A DNA stretch of 64,000 nucleotides from NCBI GenBank assembly GCA_044892525.1, contig CM097885.1:207142001-207206000 (forward strand). The letters run 5' to 3'. How positions within the stretch are numbered: position 1 is the stretch's first letter; every line of letters starts with the position of its first letter. Made by a program: the position numbers and the translations under genes. The notes beneath the pieces are model-generated. The model saw only the letters and a list, made by a program, of their open reading frames with translations. It made no database searches and had not been told where the DNA came from. Positions 12,701-26,821 of this stretch are shown here, piece by piece. This DNA comes from Schmidtea polychroa (lineage: Eukaryota).

Positions 12701-15700
12701 GTTTCGGGTTTCGATGATCGGTAGATTCGATCTATTACTTTTTTAGCGTTAACTTGAATTTATTCGATAGCTTTAATTTATTGTAAATTGTATCTCCGAT
12801 AACTTCGTAATTCACGTTGGGTTTCGTTTTAATTCTATTTTCTTCTCTACCCTTTCTCCTTTATAATTTGTGTCTTTTGATTCAGGTTGTGTTGCCTTTT
12901 ATAGTCTTCAATCAAATGGCACTTGCTGATATTAACTTTCGTTTAGATTCCTTTTTCTCGTACATTCTCTTTGGTAATTTTAGTTCTTTTATTATCTTTA
13001 CGCCATCTTTCATCTTCCCCAGATGATCTCATCCCTTTATTTAGAACAAGTTTATTTGAATTCGTTATTGATTGCCTAGTGCAATCGTGCTGCGGTACCT
13101 GATTAGAGTGTTCAAATGTTGCATTGGGTTCTCGGGTTCATTTCAAATATAAGACTGGCACAGAATGTGCTTGTTAAATACCTATTTTTGTTTAAAAATT
13201 ATATATCATTATCTATTTTCGTAACTAACAACTATAATATGTTACAGGTTATGTTTGAATAAATACATCAGATCGAATATTAGTTGCAAAATCAAATGCC
13301 CATTTCAGTTGTGCTCTACCTTGATTAGAGATTCAGTAATAAGACAAGTAAAAATTTTTAATATTTTAGATTGAAATAAATTATACCCTTTACACTACTC
13401 AATTCTTACAATTACGTATAATGCTTTAACCTTCTACTTTATTGGGTAAAATTAGTCAAAAGTACAACTTTCCATTTTTTTTAGTTCTGGAAGTTATTAT
13501 CAAAATTTAATAACCTTTTCTAATAATTTATGTGAATTTAATGTAAATTAAATGATGTAATAGTTTGTTACAGTTGTTAAAATTACTACTTTTATTTAAT
13601 CACGTTAATATTAATAAATTTTAATAATTTAAAAGTATTTCAATCTCAAATATTTAAACAAGTTTTTAGAAGAGTATAGAATAATGTTAGTAAAGGTTCA
13701 AACCAAACAAGCATTTAATTTTCAAAGTTATTATGTTTGGAAAAATGAAAAATATGTTATTTTACAAAGTCATTTTGCATAGTTTTTAATGCAGTTAATT
13801 TTATTATATTTTTATAAGAACTTTTTTTTCCAATTTCACCACTGATTATTTTTCCATTGAATTTATTAGTAGGTAGTTAGTAGCGTACTGCAACAATTAC
13901 CCCCCCCGGGGGGGGGGGGGGTTGTTGCAACTTTTTTTTTGTTGCAACTTTTGATTATGCAATTTTTCAGACTATAGTGAGGGGGTCTCGATGGTCCTGG
14001 GATTTTCAATACAAAAAATTTTTTTCAATACAAAAATCCGACTACCAATAAAAAAGCATGGAATTTTCAGACTATAGTGAGGGGGTCTCGATGGTCCTGG
14101 GATTTTCAATACAAAAAATTTTTTTCAATACAAAAATCCGACTACCACTAAAAAAGCATGGAATTTTCAGACTATAGTGAGGGGGTCTCGATGGTCCTGG
14201 GATTTTCAATACAAATAAAATTTTTTCAATACAAAAACGATGGTCCTGGGATTTTCAATACAAAAAAATTTTTTCAATACAAAAATCCGACTACCAATAA
14301 AAAAGCATGGAATTTTCAGACTATAGTGAGGGGGTCTCGATGGTCCTGGGATTTTCAATACAAAAAGCTGGTCTACACTAAAAATGCATGGTAATTTAAG
14401 GTCTCAGGATATTTTCAATACAAAAAGCTGGTGTACACTAAAAAAGCCAAGGATTTTTCAGACTATAGTGAGGTGAGTCTCCTTGGTCCTGAGAAATAGG
14501 TGGTCTACACTAAAAACGTAGTAAATTTTTCAATTACAGTAAATTATGGTCCTAAAAAATTAAATTACAGTAAATTATGGTTCTAAAAAATTAAATTACA
14601 GTAAATTATGGCTCAAATTTTTAAATTACAGTAAATTATGGTTCTAAAAATTAAATTAAAGCAAATTATGGCTCAAATTTTTCAATTACAGTAAATAATG
14701 GTTCTAAAAATTAAATTAAAGTAAATTATGGCTCAAATTTTTCAATTACAGTAAATAATGGTTCTAAAATATTAAATTACAGTAAATAATGGTTCTAAAA
14801 TTTAATTTAAGTAAATTATGGTTCTAAAATATTAAATTACAGTAAATTATGGTCCAGATTTTTCAATTAAAGTAAATAATGGTCCAAATTTTAAAATTAA
14901 AGTAAATTATGGTTCTAAAAATTAAATTATAGTAAATTATGGCTCAAATTTTTAAATTACAGTAAATTATGGTCATAAAAAATTAAATTACAGTAAATTA
15001 TGGTCAAACATTTTAAATTAAAGTAAATAATGGTCCAAATTTTTCAAATACAGTAAATTATGGGTCTAAAAATTAAATTAAATAATGGTTCTAAAAATTA
15101 AATTAAAGTAAATTATGGTTCTAAAATATTAAATTACAGTAAATTATGGTCCTAAAAAATTAAATTACAGTAAATTATGGTTCTAAAAAATTAAATTACA
15201 GTAAATTATGGTCAAACATTTTAAATTAAAGTAAATAATTGTCCAAATTTTTCAAATACAGTAAATTATGGGTCTAAAAATTAAATTAAAGTAAATAATG
15301 GTTCTAAAAATTAAATTAAAGTAAATTATGGTTCTAAAATATTAAATTACAGTAAATTATGGTCCAGATTTTTCAATTAAAGTAAATAATGGTCCAAATT
15401 TTTAAATTAAAGTAAATTTAAGTTCTTAAAAATTAAATTACAGTAAATAATGGTCCAAATTTTTAAATTAAGTAATCAATGGTAAAAAATTTTAAATAAG
15501 TAAATTAAAGTAATAATTTTTAAATTAAGTAATCAATGGTAAAAAATTTTAAATAAGTAAATTAAAGTAAATTAAAGTAAGATTTTAAAATTTAATTACA
15601 AAATAATAGAAGGTGTTTGAGAATTGAAATTTTTTAATGGAAATTTTTATGAAATATTTTTCAATGATAATTTTAGATGGAAATTTTTAAGATAATTTTT

Positions 15701-18700
15701 AATGAAAATTTTTATGAAATATTTTTCAAAGACAAATTTTAATAATAATTCAACAACAAACCAACAACTTAGTACCAACAACCAGTAACTTACGAACATG
15801 TATTAACAACCAGATACCTACAACTAGTTACTAACAACTAGTTACATGATACTAAGTAAATACAACCACCTAACAAGTACTAACAACCAAAAACAAGCAA
15901 CCAACCAGGTACCAGTTACCAACTACTAAGTACCTACAACCAACTAGTTACCTGATACCAAGTACTTACAACTATATACTAACAACCAGTTACCTGATAC
16001 CTAGTACTTACAACTAGTTACTAACAACCAAAAACAAGCAACCAACTAGGTACCAAGTACTATTAACCAAAAACAACTAGCTAACAACTAGATACCAAGT
16101 ACCTACAACCACCTACCCATTAACTAGCTACCAAGTACTTACAACTAGCTACGACCTACCAAGTACTAACAACTAACAACAACCAGGTACTAGATACCAA
16201 GTACTAACAACCTACAACAACTAGGTACTAAGCATTATCAACCAAGTACCTAAAACCACCTAACAAGTACATACAACCAACATCAACCAGGTACCTACAA
16301 CTAGATACTAACAAACAGTTACCAAGTACCTACAACCACCTACCCATTAACTAGCTACAACCAGCTAACAACTAGCTACCAAGTACTAACAACCAACAAC
16401 CAGCTAACAACTAACTACCAGATACCTACTACTTACAACCAACAACTAAGTACTAACAACCAGCTAACAACTAGATACCAGGTACTAAGCATTATCAACC
16501 AAGTACTAACAACCAAGTACAAGATACCTAGTACTGTCAACTAGATACCAAACACTTACAACCAGATGACCACATGAAATTATTGGTTAAATATGAAAAT
16601 AAGGGTTATAATTAGTTGTTTAGTAAATTATGGTGTAAAATTAAGTAATAAAGCATAAATAGATAAATTAAGGATAAGTAAATTAAAGTTAAAAAATTAA
16701 ATTAAAGTTAATTAAGGTCCAAATTTTAAAAATAAGTAATCAATGTTCTAAAAAATTAAATTAAAGTTAAATAAGTAAATTAAAGTAATAATTTTTAAAG
16801 AATTTAATTAAAGTAATAATTTTTAAATAAGTAATGTAATAAGTAAATTAAAGTAAGATTTTTAAATTTATTATCAAAAGATTGAATAACCACCAACTTT
16901 TTTGAGAAATGTAATTTTTAATGAAAATTTAAATGGAAATTTTAATGGAATAATAATAATAATAATAATAATAAAAATAATAATAATAAAAATAATAATA
17001 ATAATAATTCAACAGTTACCAACAATCGGTTACTAAATATTTTTAACTAAGTACTAACAAATAAGTACTTTCAACATGATACCACGTACTAACTCTCAAA
17101 CAACCAGATACTTACAACGAACTACTAAATTTTCTTCATTGTATTTTATGAAATGCTTTTTAAATTAATTTTTTATACATCTTCTATAATAATTTTAATT
17201 ACAATCAGTAGAAAAACCTTTTCAAATTTAAAAAAAAATGTTGATTTTCATCAAAAAAACCACAACTCATCACCACGTGAAATTTAAAATAATTTAAATT
17301 ACAATGAAAGACTAATGAATTCTAATTTACAAAACATTCTTCTTTTAATTGATAACTTATTATTGCAAAGTAAAAATCGCATTCAATAAATACTTATTGT
17401 TGATCAGTTTTATTATATATACTCTTAGTCTATCCGACAGGATGTTTTGACTCCCTAAGGGTACAGGTCGTAAGAGTACTGGTCGTATGGGTATTAGTCG
17501 TAAGGGTACAGGTCGTAAAGGTACTGGTCGTAAAGGTACTAGTCGTAGGGGTATTGGTAACACTCAACCACAACCTACCCATTAACTAGCTACTAAGTAC
17601 TAACCACTAGGTTTCAAACAACAACTACTAACAACCACCATCAAAACCCATCGAGAAATTAACAAATATCAACCTACAACTATATAACAACAATCAGTAA
17701 ACAACACTGTACCAACTACCAAATACAAAATATTCTTCATCGCATACACTATTTTCTTATCAAAATCTAAAAAGTCAACCAACTACTTACAACCAACAAC
17801 TATGTACTAACAAATTGATCTTTAAAAGCAAATACTCTTCACTTGAAAAATTGGATGAAAAAATTATTTGAACTCAAGGCATCAATAACTAGGTAAAAAT
17901 TGATTAAATTATTGTAAAAAATTTAAATTATTCGAAATAAATATCATAAAAATTTAATTAATGGACAAGAAAAAAATTCTAATCATCCAGTAAATAAAAT
18001 AAAATACTGATCATTCAAGTTGAATCAACTAAGTTAATAAATTAATAAAATTTTAAATAAAATCTAGTAGATAATTGATTTAGATTGAATAAATTAATTG
18101 AAATAAAATTAATTTTAATTATTTTTGTAAAAGTAATACATGTACTCAAATTGATTGACTGATTTCTCAATATATTCAAAAAATCAGTATAAATTCATTA
18201 CAAATATTGGATGAAAAATTAATTGAACTCAAGACATCAATAACTTGGTAAAAATTGATTAAATAATTGTAAAAATTTAAAATTTTCAAAATAAATGTCA
18301 TAAAAATGTAATTAATGGACAAGAAAGAACTTTAAATTCTAGTCATTGATCATTCAAGTTAATATGAATCAACTAAGATAATAAATTACTAAGAATTTTG
18401 AAATAAGATCTAGTAGATCTATTTATATTGAATAAATTAATTGAAATAAAATTAATTTTAATTATTTTTTTAAAAGTAATACATGTACTCAAATTGATTG
18501 ACTGATTTCTCAATATATTCAAAAAATCAGTATAAATTCATTACAATTATCAAAGTCAGCAATCTACAATAAAAATAATTATCATTAAATTCCAAAAGAG
18601 ACTAGATAACTAATGATAACATCTAACAAACCAGTAAATTCATTCAAATGACAATAATTGGTATATCCAAGTGAATTCTCCAATAAAATCATCTAAAAAG

Positions 18701-21700
18701 CATCATTTTCCCCCCTAAATATATCAATATTTAAAGATTGGTATTTTAATGATAAATACTTGTTAAAGATCATATATTCTCCTCAAACTAATAAGATTCC
18801 TTAAAATCCCTTAAATGACTATATTTCAACCCTTAATTCATATTATTACAAATAATTCATTAAAATCATCTAAAAAGCATCATTTCCCCTAAATATATCA
18901 ATATTTAAAGATTGATATTTTAATGATAAATTCCCGTAAAGGATCATATATTCCCCTCAGACTAATAAGATTCCTTAAAATCCCCTTTAAATGACTATAA
19001 TTCTAACTTTAATTCGTATTATCACGAATATTTCCCTATAAAACATGTAAAATCATTAACCCTAAATAATTTATAAAATCTAATGATAAAACTGGTTATA
19101 ATTAATTTTTTGTTAATCACTGTACTCGATATTTTAAATAAATATTACTACAATATAACTGACTAGGTCCCATTGAAAGATTTATCCATTCAATGAAATA
19201 TATTTCTTCAAATGATCATTTTTACCAATATTCAACCGATTTAATTACTAATTAAAATCAGGATTTCTTCCAATAAAGATCAATTTTCTTTAGTCGATGT
19301 TTTAAGTCCATATTTATCAACTTTTGTCATTCTCCCTCTTAAATAAAGATAAAAATAATTTAAAGTTGATATCAATCCAAATTATCTCTAAAGATTTCAT
19401 TGTCAAAACCAAGTAAATCGGTCATTAACACTACTTAATAAAACCCTGGATAATTAAAAGAGAATTTAATAAAACATTGTTCTAAAACATAAATCTAAAT
19501 TAATATACAATGAATTAATCACAACCTAATAAAACGATATAATTTCACATTATTAGTGATTCATAACTGACTAATTGCAATTTCCCTTAAAACATTGATA
19601 TTTTGCCAACATTACCCATGTAAATATTCAAAAGATTCCCATCGAAACCCATCCCTCATTAAAAGCAACCGACTATATCTTTCTTAAAATGAAATATTTC
19701 CCATATTAACCGACTATATCCCCATTAAAAAATCATATATTCCCACCTTATCTGATCTCTCATTAAATCTAACCGACTATATCCCTTTAAAAATCATATA
19801 TTCCCATCTTAACCCATCCCTCATAAAATTTAACCGACAATATCCCATCTTATCCGATCTCTCAGCAAATAATTCTACCCTTTTAAACATCTATCCGATT
19901 ATATCCCTTATTTTCCCTAAAGATTCCGCCCACTTGAGCCCTTTAATATATATCAATCCTCTTAAAATCCTCAGAGAAATTCAAAAATATGACTTTTAAT
20001 TAATTGTTATAGAACCAGACAAATAATAAGAGCCCATTAAAAGATCAAAATTCACTAAATTTTCTACAAATATTTACCATCAAATACTGGAGATGATATA
20101 TATTGTTTGATCATAATTCTTCATCGATTCAGCCAATCATTTTCAAGCAATAACAGCAAACTAAATTTCTGTATATCCTACAATAATTATCAAGTAAATT
20201 TAAAGTCATTGATAAAGTTGGTTTCTTAGCTTATGTTTTTTAAAGTGCATCAATGTGTAAATATTCTTAGAAAATTATTGAAAAATTATTTAGTCAAATA
20301 CATTACAAAGTTATCATCAAAAATCACTTAATTATTAACCTAATTGTCAATGAAATTAATTTTTATTTAAAAACTATTCAATAAAATACAACTAATTATC
20401 AAGAAATTAATTAAATTTATCAATTAAATTTATCAGTCAACATGAAATTCTTAGAAAATTATTCAATATCCTCATAAAAATTTATCATATCACTTCATTA
20501 TTGTAAAATCTCTAATTATTAACCTCATTGAAAATAATTTTTATTTAAAATTAAAAAAACAAGTCAATAAAAATACATCCAATTATCAAGAAATTAATTA
20601 AATTTATCTTAGAATTAGCATTAAATTATTAAATATTCATTCAATAAACATGAAATTTGCAAAAATGTTAGAAATCCATGAAAATGATAGATATCTACAA
20701 AAATTACGGATATTCACAAAAAAGTACGGAAATTCATGAAAATAATAGAAAATTACAAAAAAATGATAGAAATTCATAAAAATGATAGAAATTTACTTGA
20801 ATAAAACCATCAACTCTAAAAATTATCAATACCTTAAACAACAAATTTGTCTAAATAATCATTCAAATAAAAACATTAAATACCTTTACGACTAATACCC
20901 TTGCGACATGTTGAATGTGAGTAGTACCCTTGTGAGCAATACCCATAGGGGGACAGAATATTTTGTCGGATAAACTCAGAGTATATATTAATTAACTCAT
21001 TTATCATTGAATTAGTCAAATTATCGTAAATTTCGATAAAAATTCTAAAGTGGTAAGCAATGTAAAGAGAAATATTCTTTAAATTTTGATAAAATTAACA
21101 ATGAAGGTGGTAAGAATCTTCATTAAAGTGAGGAAATTATTCATTACTCGATTCAAATGGGTGAAAATAATTGGTAGAATAATTCATTAATGGAGGTAGA
21201 TAATGAGAAGTAGTATAGATAAGATGAAGGTTGATAAGAATGGATGTATTGCAACTATTTTCTAAAAATTAACACTTTAATAAAAAAAACTTTTAAAACA
21301 AATATTTGTGGGGATGTTTTAAGTGAATAATTAATCAAAATCGGCGGAATATAAGTAGAAAATCGGGGTGGGGGTTATAGGCGAATAATTAATGGAAAAT
21401 CGGGGGTAATATAGGGATTAAATAGTGGAGAATAATAGTGAATATAAGTGAGAAGGATATGTAATTTAAACTATTTTATTACGTAACAAGCCGCGACTAG
21501 TTTATTACATAACAAGCTGTGAATGGTATTTTACCAACATTTTACTAAATTTTTAAAGTATGTAATTTAATTTTAATTATATTTTAAAATTGTATATATT
21601 TTGAATATCATTCTATTGTTTAATTTCAATAATAAGTTAAAAAAATCTATAATAATTAATAAATTAATATCTTGTTAACATTTATTTAAAAATTTAAAAA

Positions 21701-24700
21701 ACTTTACTTAAAATTAGTGAAGTATTTAATTTTAATTGTATTTTATAAGACATATATTTGAGTATTAACTTATTTTGATTGAAGTATCACATTTAATATT
21801 GTGATGATTGTTTTCTAAATCGAAATATTTAGTGTAAAATAGTAAATTTAATAATAAATAGCTACAATATTAAAGGTCTTTTTTTAAAAAAAATATTTAC
21901 TTTCTATTACCTAATTCCATCATTAAGTTTAAAAAGTCTATAACTGTTAATAATTCAATTTCTTATTCACATTTTCTAATAAAACTTATATTTTTAAATA
22001 TAGTGTAAAGAATTTAATTTTAATTGTATTTTATAAGTCATTTATTTGAATATTTATCTTATTTTTATTGAAAGGAGTAATATAATTCATATTATGATAT
22101 TCGTTTCGAAATATTTAGTGTAGAATCGTAAATTTAATAATATATAGCTATTATTGCAAGTACTTATACAACAAAACTTTTTTATTTCTAATGTTTTATT
22201 CCATAAATAAGTTTTAAAGTATATAACTGGTAATAAATTAATTTCTTATTTAAATTTATTTAAAAAAGCTTTACTTATAAAATTTATATTTTCGATAGCT
22301 TATATTTGAATATTAACTTCTATTGATTGAAAAGGGTAATTGATTTAGAAATTATTTAGTGTAAATCAAAACATTTAAATTATTAAGGTATTAAAGTACC
22401 TATTCAAAAATTAAAATAAAAAGACCTAATCAATAATTTTCAATAAAATACTATTCACAGCTTGTTATGTAATAAACTAGTCACGGCTTGTTATGTAATA
22501 AACTAGTCGCGGCTTGTTACGTAATAAAATAGTTTAAATTACATATCCTTCTCACTTATATTCACTATTATTCTCCACTATTTAATCCCTATATTACCCC
22601 CGATTTTCCATTTTTTATTCGCCTATAACCCCCACCCCGATTTTCTACTTATATTCCGCCGATTTTGATTAATTATTCACTTAAAACATCCCCACAAATA
22701 TTTGTTTTAAAAGTTTTTTTTATTAAAGTGTTAATTTTTAGAAAATAGTTGCAATACATCCATTCTTATCAACCTTCATCTTATCTATACTACTTCTCAT
22801 TATCTACCTCCATTAATGAATTATTCTACCAATTATTTTCACCCATTTGAATCGAGTAATGAATAATTTCCTCACTTTAATGAAGATTCTTACCACCTTC
22901 ATTGTTAATTTTATCAAAGTTTAAAGAATATTTCTCCTTTCATTGCTTACCACTTTAGATTTTTTATCGAAATTTACGATAATTTGACTGATTCAATGAA
23001 GAATGAGTTAATTAATATATACTCTGAGTTTATCCGACAAAATATTCTGTCCCCCTATGGGTATTGCTCACAAGGGTACTACTCACATTCAACATGTCGC
23101 AAGGGTATTAGTCGTAAAGGTATTTAATGTTTTTATTTGAATGATTATTTAGGCAAATTTGATGTTTAAGGCATTGATAATTTTTAGAGTTGATGGTTTT
23201 AGTAAATATTCAAGTAAATTTCTATCATTTTTGTGAATTTTTATCGTTTTTATGAATTTCTATCATTTTTGTGGATTTCCATTATTTTCATGAATTTCCG
23301 TAATTTTTGTGAATATCTGTAATTTAATGCTAATTCTAAGGTAAATTTAATTAATTTCTTGATAATTGAATGTATTTTTATTGAATTGTTTTTTAATTTT
23401 AAATAAAAATTTATTTTTAATGAGGTTAATAATTAAAGTTTGTACAATAATCAAGTGGTAGGATAAATTTTTATGAGGATATTGAATAATTTTCTAAGAA
23501 TTTCATGTTGACTGATAAATTTAATTGATAAATTTAATTAATTTCTTGATAATTAGTTGTATTTTATTGATTAGTTTTTAAATAAAAATTAATTTCATTG
23601 ACAATTAGGTTAATAATTAAGTGATAGAATAAATTTTTGATGATAACTTTGTAATATATTTGAATAAATAATTTTTTCAATAATTTTCTAAGAATATTTA
23701 CATATTGATGATCTTTAAAAACATAAGCTAAGAAACCAGTTAACTTTATCAGGGACTTTAAATTTACGTGATAATTATTGTAGGATATAAAGAAATTTAG
23801 TTTGCTGTTATTGCTTGAAAATGATTGGCTGAATCGATGAAGAATTATGATCAATCAATATATATCATCTCCAGTATTTGATGGTAAATATTTGTAGAAA
23901 ATATTGATTTTTGATCTTTTAGTGAACTCTTACTACATAGCTACTAAATTATTTCAATGGAAGAATATTTGGTGTCTATAACAATTAAGTCATATTTTTG
24001 AAGTTCTTTAAAGATTTTAAGAGGATTAATATATTTTAAAGGGCTCAAGTGGGTAGAATTGAATGATATATTCGGTTAGATGTTTAAAGGGGTAGAAATA
24101 TTTGGTGAGAGATCGGTTAAGATGGGATATTGTTGGTTAAATTTAATGAGGGATGGGTTAAGATGGGAATATATGATCTTTTGAGGGGATATAGTCGGTT
24201 AGATTTAATGAGAGATCAGATAAGGTGGGAATATATCATTGTAAGGGAGATATAGTCGATTGAATTTAATGAAGGATGGGTTAAGATGGGAATATAGTCG
24301 GTTAAATTTAATGAGACATGGGTTAAGATGGGAATATATGATTTTTTTAATGGTGATGTTGGTAAAATATCATTGTTTTAAGGGAAATGTCAATTAGTCA
24401 GTTATGTATCAATAATAATTATATCGTTTTATTAGGTTGTGATTAATTCATTGTATATTAATTTAGATTTATGTTTTAGAACAATGTTCTATTAAGTAAG
24501 GATAATGATCGATTTACTTGGTTTTGACGATGAAAACTTTACAGATAAATGGGATTGATATCAACTTTAAATTATTTTTATCTTTATTTAGACGGACAAC
24601 GACAAAAGTTGACCATTTGAAGAAATATATTTTATTGAATGGATAAATTTAATCTTTCAATGGGACCTAGTCAGTTATATTTATTTTAAATTTCAAGTAC

Positions 24701-26765
24701 AGTGATTTACAAAAATTTACAGTGATTAACAAAAATTTAATTATAACTGGTTTTATCAATAGTGAAACATGTATGATAATAGGAATTAAAGTTAGAATTA
24801 TAGTCATTTAAAGGGGATTTTAAGCAATCTTATTAGTCTGAGGTAAATATATAACCTTTTAAGGATATTTATCGATAAAATACTAATCTTTAAAGATAGT
24901 TATTTCAGGGAAATTTGATGCTTTTTAGATGATTTTAGTGAAATATTTGTAATAATATGGATTAAGGGTAGAAATATAGTCATTTAAGAGATTTTAAGGA
25001 ATCTTGTTAGTTTGAGGTGAATATATAGTCTTTTAAGGGTACTTATCATTAAAATATCAAACTTTAAAGATAGTGTTATTTCAATGAAATTTGATGCTTT
25101 TTAGATGATATTTGTAATAATATGAATTAAGGATAGAAATATAGTCATTTAAGGGGATTTTAAGGAATCTTGTTAGTTTGAGGTGAATATATGATCTTTA
25201 ACAAGTACTTATCGATAAGATACTAATCTTAAAAGATATAGATATTTCAGGGAAAATGATTCTTTTTAGATGATTTTATTGGAGAATTCACTTGGATATA
25301 CCAATTATTTAAATAAATTTACTGGTTTATTAGATGTTATCATTAGTTATCAGTCTCTTTTGGAATTTTATGATAATTATTTTTATGGTAGATTGCTGAC
25401 TTTGATAATTGTAATGAATTTATACTGATTTTTTTTTGAATATATTGAGAAATCAGTCAATCAATTTGAGTACATGTATTACTTTTAAAAAAATACTTAA
25501 AATTAATTTTATTTCAATTAATTTATTCAATCTAAATCAATTATCTACTAGATCTTATCTTATTAATTTATTATCTTAGTTGATTCAACTTGAATGATCA
25601 ATGTTTTTTTTTATTTACTTGATGACTAGAATTTTTTCCTGTCCATTAATTAAATTTTTATGATATTTATTTCGAATATTTTAAATTTTTACAATAATTT
25701 AATCAATTTTTACCTAGTTATTGATGCCTTGAGTTCAATTAATTTTCCATCTAATTTTTCAAGTGATGAGTATTTTTCTTTTAAAGATCAATTTGTTAGT
25801 ACATAGTTGTTGGTTCTAGGTAGTTGGTTGTTAGTACTTGGTACTTGGTAGTTGGTATCTGATTGACTTTTTAGATTTTGATAAGAAGATATTGTATGTG
25901 ATGAAGAATATTTTGTATTTAATTGCTATTATTTTTATGTGTGGTTAGTTGATTGTTGGTACTTGGTATCTTGTTGTAAGTACTTGGTAGCAGGTATCTG
26001 GTTGTAAGTATCTAGTTGTAGGTTGATATTTGTTAATTTCTCGATGGGTTTTGATGGTGGTTGTTAGTACATGGTTGTAAGTGTTTAGTATTTAGTTGTT
26101 TGAAACCTAGTGGTTAGTACATGGTAGCTAATTAATGAGTAGGTGGGGATTGAGAGTGATCAATACCCCTACGACTAGTACCTTTACGACCAGTACCCTT
26201 ACGACTAATACCCTTACGACCAGTACCCTTACGACCAGTACCCTTACGACCTGTACCCTTAGGGGGGTCAAAACATCCTGTCGGATAAACTCAGAGTATA
26301 TATAATAAAACCGATCAATAATAAGTATTTATTGAATGCGATTTTTACATTGCAATAATAAGTCAGTAGTTATCATTTAAAAGAAGAATGTTTTGTAAAT
26401 TAGAATTCATTAGTCTTTCATTGTAATTAAAATTATTTTGAATTCCACGTGGTGTTAGAGTTGACAATTATTCATTTTTTGATGAAAATCAACATTTTTG
26501 TTAAATTTGAAAAGGTTTTTCTACTGATTGTAATTAAACATATTTTTGAAGACAGATAAAAAATTAATTTAAAAAACAATTCATAAAATACAATGAAGAA
26601 GATTTAGTTGGTTGTTAGTACTTGGTTGTTTTTACTTGGTTGATTGAGATTTAGTTAGTATGTGGTATCATGTTGTAAGTATTTATTTATTTGTTAGCAC
26701 CTAGTTAAAAATACATGATCGTTGTTGGAATCTGATTGTTGAATTATTATTTTTATTATTATTAA

Positions 26766-26821
<56 letters not shown>

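Noticed and set aside
13968-14400. 100-bp and 15-bp arrays as a CRISPR-like array
   Set aside because: The units are wholly repeated with no unique spacers, there are no cas-like genes, and the context is eukaryotic.
14158-23854. ORFs inside the palindrome (14158-14394, 17360-17563, 23564-23854)
   Set aside because: They are translations of tandem repeats or AT-rich DNA, with no recognisable motifs, and are not preserved in the mirror arm.
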